A DNA stretch of 20,000 nt, from IMG/VR virus record IMGVR_UViG_3300042867_001762. One strand, 5' to 3'. The notes beneath the pieces were generated by a model. It saw nothing but the letters and a program-made list of their open reading frames with translations. It had not been told where the DNA came from and did no database searches. Source of the stretch: an uncultured virus (IMG/VR IMGVR_UViG_3300042867_001762) (taxonomy: Duplodnaviria; Heunggongvirae; Uroviricota; Caudoviricetes). Both the position numbers and the translations under genes were made by a program. Below, in pieces: positions 8,225 through 15,313 of this stretch. Numbering within the stretch: position 1 is the stretch's first letter; every line of letters begins with the position of its first letter.

Positions 8225-8312
8225 GCTGACCTCCGCCTATTAGGATCAGAAAAGAATGTTTTTAGGACCGGTCCGGCTCGGCACCGGGGACAAGCCCCGG
8301 CCCGATTCCTTA

Positions 8313-8525
8313 TCAGTAGCCCGCTTGCCGGAGCGCCCGCAGCGCATCGGAGTGGCGCAGGAGCCTTTGAATACTTGTCATGTCCATCTCGGCTATCGCC
8401 GCCCGGGCGCGGTGGGCCTCCCATCCGACCGTGGCCAGCGTACCGGGGAGCCCCATCGGAGCCATGGCCGTCAGCTTGCTGCCGTCGGGAAAGGTCACCG
8501 TCATCTTGCCAGCCTTGTCTTTCAT
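8313..8525 (-). CDS. Hypothetical protein, 70 aa
   Basis: GGAGG RBS, downstream of motif 8544. Confidence 0.75.
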   Translation of the reverse strand: MKDKAGKMTVTFPDGSKLTAMAPMGLPGTLATVGWEAHRARAAIAEMDMTSIQRLLRHSDALRALRQAGY

Positions 8526-8601
8526 CGCTGCCTCCGTGACTAACAGGATCAGGAAAGAATGTTTTTAGGACCGGCGAGAAAGGGGGCACCGGCCCCGGAG
8601 A

Positions 8602-8700
8602 CTAACCCGCCATCCCGTAGAACAAGACGGGATAGACGAACACGAGAACAAACATACCGGCAAGGAAGAAAAACGCATCGGCAGCATCGCGGCGGGTCAT
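8602..8700 (-). CDS. Single-pass membrane peptide MTRRDAADAFFFLAGMFVLVFVYPVLFYGMAG (32 aa)
   Basis: GAGGTG RBS, downstream of motif 8718. One hydrophobic segment. Confidence 0.65.
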   Translation of the reverse strand: MTRRDAADAFFFLAGMFVLVFVYPVLFYGMAG

Positions 8701-8782
8701 ACTCACCTCTTGCCTATCAAGATCAAAAAAGAATGTTTTTAGGACCGGCGGAAGGCGGGCGGGGGATTGCTCCCCCGGTCCG

Positions 8783-8929
8783 CTAGTCGCGGCGCTTTTC
8801 CCTTCGGCGGGCATCCCACGAGCGGGGACGACCCTTTGTCGGGCGGGGCGACTCACCCGCCGGGCGGCCCCGGCCCATGCGGGCGGGGCGGTTATCGGTT
8901 TCGTCGTCAGGGATGTTCCACGGCTTCAC
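8783..8929 (-). CDS. Possible 48-aa basic peptide with two GRP (AT-hook-like) motifs
   Basis: GTG start overlaps the TGA of 8926-9240 (GTGA coupling). Hand translation MKPWNIPDDETDNRPARMGRGRPAGESPRPTKGRPRSWDARRREKRRD. Confidence 0.4.
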   Translation of the reverse strand: MKPWNIPDDETDNRPARMGRGRPAGESPRPTKGRPRSWDARRREKRRD

Positions 8930-9240
8930 AGCCCCACCCCCGGCTTGCGGACCGTGACCGTGGCATCGGCCACCGGCAGCCCGGCAGCTTCGCAGTCCCG
9001 GCGGATAACCGCCGGAATCTCGCGGCGGTTGAAGCCACGGCGTACCATCGCCGTTTCCAACTCTCCGGCGAGGTTGGCCAGTGCCTCCACCACCGGCCCG
9101 GCGTCGCCGCCGATGGCGAGCAAGGCAAAGGCGAGATCCGTGACCTGATCTGCACGGGCAGCCAGGCCCGCGTCCCCGGCCCGGCGGGCCATGGCATTTA
9201 CGATTCCAATGCGAACAGAGAGGGTCGTTTCGGTACGCAT
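8926..9240 (-). CDS. Hypothetical protein, 104 aa
   Basis: AGGAGG RBS, downstream of motif 9279. Confidence 0.8.
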   Translation of the reverse strand: MRTETTLSVRIGIVNAMARRAGDAGLAARADQVTDLAFALLAIGGDAGPVVEALANLAGELETAMVRRGFNRREIPAVIRRDCEAAGLPVADATVTVRKPGVGL

Positions 9241-9343
9241 GTTGCCTCCTGCGGCGTGTTGTTTGCCGCTCTGCCTATCAGGATCAAAACTTTCTGTTTT
9301 TAGGACCGGCCGGGGAAAGAGCCCGGCCGGCGCCGGGCATCTC

Positions 9344-9811
9344 TCACCCCTCCCACGGGGCGCGGGCGTTCAAGCACGCTTCCGGGGTGAGGTCCGGCTC
9401 CCACCGGGCCAGCATCCCCTCGATTGCGGCGAGGGGAACCCCGTGAGAGTTACGGGCGGCGCACTCCGCCGCGTCCCGCCCCCACGGCGTGCGCGGCTCG
9501 ACGAACTGCACCCTGTATCCGTGGAAGGTCGCGGCGCGGACATATTCCCGCGCCTCCCATCCTTGAGTCATAGTGTTGTCCACGATGACGTGGGTAACAC
9601 CGGCTTCCATCGCCTCCGCCGTGCGGCGGAGGTTGGCCGCGTGGTGGGCCCCGAGCTTCGACCCGTCGAAGCGGTACTCGCCATCGACCATGAAAAAATC
9701 ATCTGTGGAAAACACGGGAGCCGTCTCGACGCCCGGGACGTTGGCGAGCACCTTGGCAAGGGTGCTCTTGCCGCTACCGGGGACGCCACGCATAATCGTC
9801 AGGGTCTTCAT
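9344..9811 (-). CDS. P-loop kinase, AAA_33 / N4BP2-like (polynucleotide-kinase-type fold), 155 aa
   Basis: Walker A GVPGSGKS, STDDFF, VIVDNT and RNSHGVP motifs. GGAGG RBS. Confidence 0.85.
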   Translation of the reverse strand: MKTLTIMRGVPGSGKSTLAKVLANVPGVETAPVFSTDDFFMVDGEYRFDGSKLGAHHAANLRRTAEAMEAGVTHVIVDNTMTQGWEAREYVRAATFHGYRVQFVEPRTPWGRDAAECAARNSHGVPLAAIEGMLARWEPDLTPEACLNARAPWEG

Positions 9812-9925
9812 CGTATCCTCCGTGCCGGTTTGTTTCGTTCCGGCTTCTGTCTAACAGGATCAAAAGATAATGTTTTTAGGACGGGTGACGAGCCGGGCAG
9901 CCCGGTCGATTGACCGGGGAGCCGC

Positions 9926-10258
9926 TCACGCGGGACGGCTCAAGCCCCGGCAGCCAACCGGCTGACCATCGGGGCCGCGCACAAGCGCCCCGGGGGAAAG
10001 GACGTCGGTACGGCCCCGCACCGCCGGGTGTCCGGCGACGAGGCCGGAGACAACCCACGTCACGCCGGGGGCCGGCGCGGGGAGGCCGACGACCTCCCCG
10101 AAAGAGGTTTCGAAAATCTCCACGCCGTCGACGACGGCGGCCACGGCCGTCTTTGTCGCCACGCGGGCGACGGTCCCGTCGGCGGGCAGGACGAGCGCGG
10201 GCGCGCCCGCTTGGTCGACGACGGTGATGGTGTGGGGGGTCAAGTTCACAAACGCCAT
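9926..10258 (-). CDS. Hypothetical protein with N-terminal NLTPH motif, 110 aa
   Basis: GAGG RBS, downstream of motif 10296. The NLTPH...VAR...LPAP...VVS pattern is recalled from phage hypotheticals (not searched). Confidence 0.8.
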   Translation of the reverse strand: MAFVNLTPHTITVVDQAGAPALVLPADGTVARVATKTAVAAVVDGVEIFETSFGEVVGLPAPAPGVTWVVSGLVAGHPAVRGRTDVLSPGALVRGPDGQPVGCRGLSRPA

Positions 10259-10398
10259 GCGAGCCTCGGGTGTTGCGGGTTGTTCTGACGCCTAACAGGA
10301 TCAAGAGAGAATGTCTTTAGGACCGGCCGGGGCCGGGAAAGAAACGCAGAAAACGGCAAGGCCCCGCCTTGCTGGCGGGGCGGGGCGATGGGCGGGAG

Positions 10399-10608
10399 TT
10401 AGTTCCCGCCGCAGTGATAGCAATCGTGCCCTTGCCGGGAGCTGCACTCCCCGCTAAGCGGGCCATTGTCGGTCCCGCAGTAGTAGCAGATGTCCCGGCC
10501 CGGGGTGGGCCGCAGGCGCCACTCGGGAGTGGTGGCGGTGGGGGTCTCGGCCTTGTCGGCGGCCGAAGCCGCGCTCAGGCGCTCAAACATGCAGTCATAG
10601 CTAGACAT
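10399..10608 (-). CDS. Zinc-ribbon-like protein (CYYC...CYHC), 69 aa
   Basis: GGAGG RBS before ATG 10608. Two CxxC pairs. Confidence 0.75.
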   Translation of the reverse strand: MSSYDCMFERLSAASAADKAETPTATTPEWRLRPTPGRDICYYCGTDNGPLSGECSSRQGHDCYHCGGN

Positions 10609-10746
10609 ACTGCCTCCGGGTGTTGCGGGTTGTTCTGACATCTAACAGGATCAAAAAGAAATGTTTTTAGGACCGGCCGGGGCCGGGAAAGAAAAGCGGA
10701 AAAGCGGAAACCCCGCCGGGTTAGGGCGGGGTCGGGGGGGCGGGGG

Positions 10747-11109
10747 TCACCAGTAAACCGGGTGCCCCCAGACGGAGTAGGAAACTCCGTCTTCGTCTTG
10801 GAGGACCTCGTCCCCCAGGGGATAGTAAGCGGGGTCGTTGACCACCTCCTCCGCGCGGGCGGGGGTGATGCGCCCCCCCTCGACGAGGGGGGCGAGGATT
10901 GCCCCCTTTCGGGCGGCGGCGTCGCCGCTGGCCGCCCATGCGGCGGCGGCGGCTCCGTAGGCGGCTGCTTCGCCGCCGTCACCGTAGGCGGCGGCGGTGG
11001 TGGCGGCGAGGTCGGCGTCTTCAGCCGCTTGCGCGGCGAAGGAGAGGAGGGCGTGGGCGCGCCCGATGGCGGCGTTGACGGCGGCGGTGGTGGCGCGGGT
11101 GGTCTTCAT
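10747..11109 (-). CDS. Ala-rich hypothetical protein, 120 aa
   Basis: GAGG RBS before ATG 11109, downstream of the leader hairpin and motif 11165. Confidence 0.75.
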   Translation of the reverse strand: MKTTRATTAAVNAAIGRAHALLSFAAQAAEDADLAATTAAAYGDGGEAAAYGAAAAAWAASGDAAARKGAILAPLVEGGRITPARAEEVVNDPAYYPLGDEVLQDEDGVSYSVWGHPVYW

Positions 11110-11213
11110 GGTTGCCTCACAGACAGGGGGAAGGGGTTGACGGACTGGACCCTGTCTCGACATACAAGATCAAAAAGAAATGTTTTTAGGACGGGCCAGG
11201 CTCGAGACCGGGC

Positions 11214-11239
11214 AAAAGAAAACCCCGGCAGGGCCGGGG
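11214..11239 (-). terminator. Rho-independent terminator
   Basis: CCCCGGC/GCCGGGG stem plus TTTTCTTTT. Related hairpins at ~11620-11641, 12195-12223, 12293-12318 and 12686-12712. Confidence 0.8.
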
Positions 11240-11261
11240 CGAGAGAAGCGGCGGGCCGGGT

Positions 11262-11522
11262 TCACCGGAGCGGGCGGGCCGCGCCACCCATACGGGCGCG
11301 CATCGCCCGGATGCGCTCCGCTACCAACTCCGCTTCCGTCGGCGGGGGCGGAGGGGCGTCAAGCACCCCCACCACCACCGTACCGTCGTCGAGCTGCCCC
11401 CGATGAATGCGGGCCGCCTCAGCGTCACCGGCCTCGCTGTAGGCGGCCCGCAGACGGGCGGCGATGACCGCCGTGCGGACGGCGGTGGCATCAACGATGG
11501 TAGCAGTGCGGCGGATGGTCAC
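11262..11522 (-). CDS. Hypothetical protein, 86 aa (GTG start)
   Basis: GGAGGCCGCC-GTG, downstream of motif 11559. Confidence 0.7.
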   Translation of the reverse strand: MTIRRTATIVDATAVRTAVIAARLRAAYSEAGDAEAARIHRGQLDDGTVVVGVLDAPPPPPTEAELVAERIRAMRARMGGAARPLR

Positions 11523-11654
11523 GGCGGCCTCCAAACGGGACTGGATTGTCCCGCGCATCAGGATCAAAAGATAATGTCTTTAGGACCGGCCGGGGCCGGG
11601 AAAGAAACCCGGAAAAGCGAAAGCCCCGGCAGGGCCGGGGCGATTCACTACGGG

Positions 11655-12089
11655 TTAGTAGTTGTCGTCGTCGTCGTTATCATAGAACGATATCGACGCG
11701 GACTCTTTCGTCTGATAGAAAGAGACCTCGACTGAATAATACCCGTTGCTATTGCCTTGCCAGCGCAGGGTGACGTAGCCCTTCCCCGTGGCGAAGCGGT
11801 AGAACGTCCAACCGCTTGTTCCGAGCGAGTGGCCGTCCTCGTCGATGTCGTCGACAATCTCGCCCGCGCACTCCGCCATGACGAGCGGGGAGTTAACAAG
11901 GTCGCACAGGTCGCCGTCGACCTGCGTGAGGCCAACATACTCGCAGCAGCTGCGCGAGTGGTGCATCAACCACTCGCTGCCGTCCGCGAACGTGAATCGG
12001 ACGGCGTCCCCGCCGTCTTTGTCCTTACAGAGTCCAACGGACTTGGCAGTCATGCCGACGATGGGGAACGTGTCATTGAAAGCGGTCAT
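11655..12089 (-). CDS. Hypothetical phage-type protein with CCE, WTFY and SNGYYS motifs, 144 aa
   Basis: GAGG RBS before ATG 12089. The motif set is recalled from a widespread phage hypothetical family (not searched). Confidence 0.85.
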   Translation of the reverse strand: MTAFNDTFPIVGMTAKSVGLCKDKDGGDAVRFTFADGSEWLMHHSRSCCEYVGLTQVDGDLCDLVNSPLVMAECAGEIVDDIDEDGHSLGTSGWTFYRFATGKGYVTLRWQGNSNGYYSVEVSFYQTKESASISFYDNDDDDNY

Positions 12090-12345
12090 GACGGCCTCAC
12101 AGACAGGGGGAAGGGGTTGATGGACTGATCCCTGTCTCGACATACAGGATCAAAAGATAATGTCTTTAGGATTTCGCCTGGTTCGAGACCGGGCAAAAGA
12201 AAAGCCCCGGCCCGTGCCGGGGCTGGCGCCGGGGACGCCCCGCCCTAGACCTTGACCGTGACATAGGCGTGCGACGACGGCGGACAGAAAATAAAAAAAC
12301 CCCGGCGCGTGGCCGGGGTCGGAAGGGTGAGAGGGAAGGCCGGGG

Positions 12346-12579
12346 TCATTCCCCGGCGACGAGACTCTCGCAAAGCCCCGGGCGCCAGTCGATGGAATCC
12401 GCCCCGATGGCGGAGTCGAGCCCTTGGTTTGCGAGTTCCAGCGCGGCCTCCGTAACCGCCAACGCGGCGGCCGCCGCCGGGCAGGACGGTGACGCGGCGT
12501 GAGCGGCGCGGACGGCATCGAGGGCGGCGGCGAGGGCGTTGACGGCGAGGGCGGCGGTGGTGACGGCGGCGGTGGTCAT
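12346..12579 (-). CDS. Ala-rich hypothetical protein, 77 aa
   Basis: GAGGT RBS, downstream of the leader hairpin and motif 12636. Confidence 0.7.
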   Translation of the reverse strand: MTTAAVTTAALAVNALAAALDAVRAAHAASPSCPAAAAALAVTEAALELANQGLDSAIGADSIDWRPGLCESLVAGE

Positions 12580-12738
12580 GACTTACCTCACAGACAGGGG
12601 GAAGGGGTTGATGGACTGATCCCTGTCTCACGCGTCAGGATCAAAAGATAATGTTTTTAGGACCGGCCCGGCTCGAAACCCGGTGAAAGAAAAGCCCCGG
12701 GCTAGCCGGGGCAGACAGGGCAGGGTCGGCCCCGGCCA

Positions 12739-13149
12739 TCAGAACTCGACGTCATCGGGAATCGTCTGCCACATCTCAGTCCCATCAGGCATGACATTAA
12801 GGAACCATGGGCGGGCATCAACCCGGTCGGCGAAGGGGACGCCCTCGACGGCGTCAATGTCCCAACGGCGTGCGGCTCGTTCCGCCGCGTCGTATCCGCC
12901 GTCATAGGCGTTCACGAGAAGGGCGGCGGTCTCCGTCGCCGGGCGGCGGCTTTCAATGGCGGTGGCGGGCCGGACTGCCACGCGCCGCAAGGCGGCGACG
13001 GCCGCCGCGCCGGGGCGCCCGCCGTCATAGGCGGCAAACGCCTCCACTACCGCCTTGCGATATTCTTCTTGAGCCATGATGGCCAGCGCCAGCGCGGTCT
13101 TGGTTACGGTAGCAACGTAGGCGGCGCGGGCTGTGATGGTGGTGGTCAT
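12739..13149 (-). CDS. Ala-rich hypothetical protein, 136 aa; first gene of the array
   Basis: GAGGT RBS, downstream of the leader hairpin and motif 13206. Confidence 0.75.
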   Translation of the reverse strand: MTTTITARAAYVATVTKTALALAIMAQEEYRKAVVEAFAAYDGGRPGAAAVAALRRVAVRPATAIESRRPATETAALLVNAYDGGYDAAERAARRWDIDAVEGVPFADRVDARPWFLNVMPDGTEMWQTIPDDVEF

Positions 13150-13400
13150 GACTTACCTCACAGACAGGGGGAAGGGGTTGACGGACGGGTCCCTGTCTCA
13201 CGCGTCAGGATCAGGAAAGAATGTCTTTAGGACCGAAAGGAATGGAAAGTAATAGGCAAGATTTGTGCCGCTTTTATTACGGGCGGCTGCCTGGCCGTTT
13301 ACAGGAAAGCAACCCCTGGGCGGGGGTTGGCGGGTTATAGGGGCGGAGGGGTAGCGTGGCACGCGGATTGCACGCTAGGAAAATTTGCAAATTTCAGGGG

Positions 13401-13696
13401 GCCTGCACTACGTGCAGATATCTCCAGATATCTCCAGATATCTCCCGGTATTCTCCAGGTATCTACCGGGTATATCTTCTGGTATTTTCTACTGGACAAG
13501 GCCTGCACTACGTGCAAGCACCTCCCGGTATTCTCCCGGCAAATGCCGGGTATATCTTCTGGTATTTTCTACTGGGCAAGGCCTGCTCTACGCGCAAGTA
13601 CCTCCCGGTATTCTCCAAGCATCTCCCGGCATCTCCCGGGTATATCTTTTGGTATTTTCTACGGGACAGGGGCTGTACTACGTGCAGACATCTACC
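13401..13696. repeat. Non-coding tandem repeat block
   Basis: Units start at 13401, 13501, 13581 and 13671 (partial). Each begins with a TGCAC-TAC-GTGCA-like palindrome, and the three full units contain CCGGGTATATCTTYTGGTATTTTCTAC. Confidence 0.9.
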
Positions 13697-14225
13697 GATT
13701 ATCGATAGGTTATCTATTGAGGGGACGCCTCCTTGTGTGCCACGGACTCCTTCTGGTATATTCTCTAGTGTTTTCTCTATATAGCGGGGGCGCTTTGAGT
13801 GCAGAAGCGTGGGTGTATTCCTTGTGTTTTTCTTATAGGGCGGGGGCGGATTAGAACCTTGATGCTTTTATTATAGCGGGCGGGTGGATCCGGTTGCGGG
13901 TTGTTTTTGTTGGTACTGGGCGGGGGCGGCTTCCGGATGCGGTGGGGGTTATTTTAGGGGGTTTCTGTTGGTAACGCGGTGCGTTGCGGCAGGCGGTTTT
14001 TTGGCGGTGGGATGCGGCTTTGCGGTAGTTTACTGGGGCGGTGATTGTGGTTGGTGGTGTGGTGTAGTGAAAAGTAGGATTCGTGGTTTAGTAGAGTGGT
14101 CAAAGAAAACTGTGGATAAATGGGAGGGGGCCCGGGTGAGGAGGGGGCCTTTTGTGGGCGGGAGTTGCGTTTTATTCCTGTCGGTCTATTTTTATAGGAG
14201 GCTTTGCTGGAGACTTGGAGGATTT

Positions 14226-15260
14226 ATGTTTGCTTTATTTCGGATGGCCGGGGATGAGGACGAAGAGCTGCGTGCGCTACTGGGCGAGTACGGGGTAACC
14301 GGCGATGTGCCTGCTGGTGAGGGCGCATATGGCCGGGTTTACTTTGGTGTGGCGGAAGGTCGACCGGTGGCGATCAAGATCGAGGGGCGGGAGAGTGGTT
14401 CTGCCGAGTATGCTGTGCTTGATCGACTACGGACGATGCGTGCCGGTGCTCCGGGTGCTATAAAGCGTCATGTGCCGGTGGTGTATCGAGTAGGCTGCGG
14501 CGGGGCTTTCTGTTATTATGTTATGGAAATTCTACGTCCTTTGGATCGTGGGATCGCGCGGGACTTAGTAGGTACAGATTGGAGCGCTGACGTGGAGTCG
14601 GGGGTGAAAGGCTTGCGCTTCCGGCTGGACGCGGACGTGAGCGGCATAGCGGACGTGCAGCATGCGGTTCTTGTGGGCGGGAGCAGCGGGGAGAAGCTGC
14701 TGGACGCGGGGTTAGTGGCAGGAGCGTTTGCGGAGTGGTTTGGGCGTAACGGCAGGGCGGCTGCGGCTGTCTTCGGCGGTGATAGGGGCGGTTTAAATTC
14801 TTTTCGTACTGATCTAGAGAGGGCGATTACTGGCGTCCTGGTTTCGCTGGGCGGGGAATTTGGCCGTGGCGGGCGGGCGAGTGTTGGCGACATTGCATCT
14901 CTGCTGGGCGGGCGGGTACGGTCTGCACTGAGTGGCCGGGCACGAGTTGCAGCTCGTTTGCTAGAGGGCAAATACCCAGAGCTCGTTTTTGCGATAGTGC
15001 GAGCAGGCTGGCTGCCAAAGTTCCACCCTGGGCGGGCAGGGGATGATGTGGTAGGGCCGTACGAGACTCTGAGCCGGAGTACGGAGGCGCTGGATTCGGA
15101 CAGTGACCGTCGGTCGCTGCGTGAGACCCTGGACTGGATGCGAGAGGGCGGGGTGTTGAGCGGCGATATTCATGAAGATAATATCATGGAACGGCCCGGG
15201 ACTGGCGAGTGGGTACTGATTGACTATGGCCTATACCGATTTATGAATGAAGACGAGTGA
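14226..15260 (+). CDS. Protein kinase-like (Ser/Thr kinase fold) protein, 344 aa
   Basis: GGAGG RBS before ATG 14226. Gly loop GEGAYGRVY, VAIK lysine, YYVME hinge, catalytic GDIHEDN and LIDYG. Confidence 0.85.
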   Translation: MFALFRMAGDEDEELRALLGEYGVTGDVPAGEGAYGRVYFGVAEGRPVAIKIEGRESGSAEYAVLDRLRTMRAGAPGAIKRHVPVVYRVGCGGAFCYYVMEILRPLDRGIARDLVGTDWSADVESGVKGLRFRLDADVSGIADVQHAVLVGGSSGEKLLDAGLVAGAFAEWFGRNGRAAAAVFGGDRGGLNSFRTDLERAITGVLVSLGGEFGRGGRASVGDIASLLGGRVRSALSGRARVAARLLEGKYPELVFAIVRAGWLPKFHPGRAGDDVVGPYETLSRSTEALDSDSDRRSLRETLDWMREGGVLSGDIHEDNIMERPGTGEWVLIDYGLYRFMNEDE

Positions 15261-15263
15261 AAG

Positions 15264-15294
15264 AAAAACCGGATGTTGCGCATCCGGTTTTTTT
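15264..15294. terminator. Bidirectional terminator between convergent genes
   Basis: AAAAACCGGATG-TTGCG-CATCCGGTTTTTTT. Confidence 0.9.
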
Positions 15295-15313
15295 ATTCTT
15301 GCTTGTTCGTGAA

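Larger units (their letters stand above)
11115..13199 (-). promoter_or_regulatory. Four copies of a 44-nt 5'-leader hairpin (11115-11158, 12095-12138, 12586-12629, 13156-13199)
   Basis: Minus strand GAGACAGGG-...-TCAACCCCTTCC-CCCTGTCTGTGAGG. The AGACAGGG/CCCTGTCT stem lies directly before the RBS. Confidence 0.85.
326..13234 (-). repeat. Dispersed family of 38 copies of a 29-bp bipartite motif (+ CARGATC-N10-GTYTTTAGGACC), probable promoter or protein-binding site heading each cassette
   Basis: Copies start at 326,385,444,525,594,664,1578,1786,1926,2067,2236,2344,2994,3140,3429,3813,4215,4572,5052,5571,6269,6626,7067,7623,7987,8241,8544,8718,9279,9855,10296,10646,11165,11559,12145,12636,13206, plus one inverted copy at 2135-2163. 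The ARGATC and AGGACC-like halves are 22 bp apart in every copy read. Confidence 0.95.

Noticed and set aside
182..13079. Numerous plus-strand and alternative-frame ORFs across the array
   Set aside because: They are Arg/Pro/Gly-rich shadow frames of GC-rich minus-strand genes. Many run through or start inside the motif (recurrent MFLGP, VFRTG, VLKT translations) and lack an RBS.
2344..13234. Classical integron attC cassette array or Xer/dif (pdif) modules
   Set aside because: There are no RYYYAAC/GTTRRRY boxes or long palindrome, and no XerC/XerD arm similarity. Cassettes carry their own terminators, and no integrase is seen in the window.
13327..13854. Overlapping ORFs in all three plus frames over the tandem repeat
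   Set aside because: These are repetitive translations of a stop-poor DNA repeat with no RBS. Unit lengths of 100 and 80 bp do not preserve frame.
13884..14225. N-terminal 114 codons of the 458-aa kinase ORF
   Set aside because: Low-complexity Gly/Cys/Trp/Val translation of G/T-skewed DNA. A clear GGAGG RBS supports the start at 14226.
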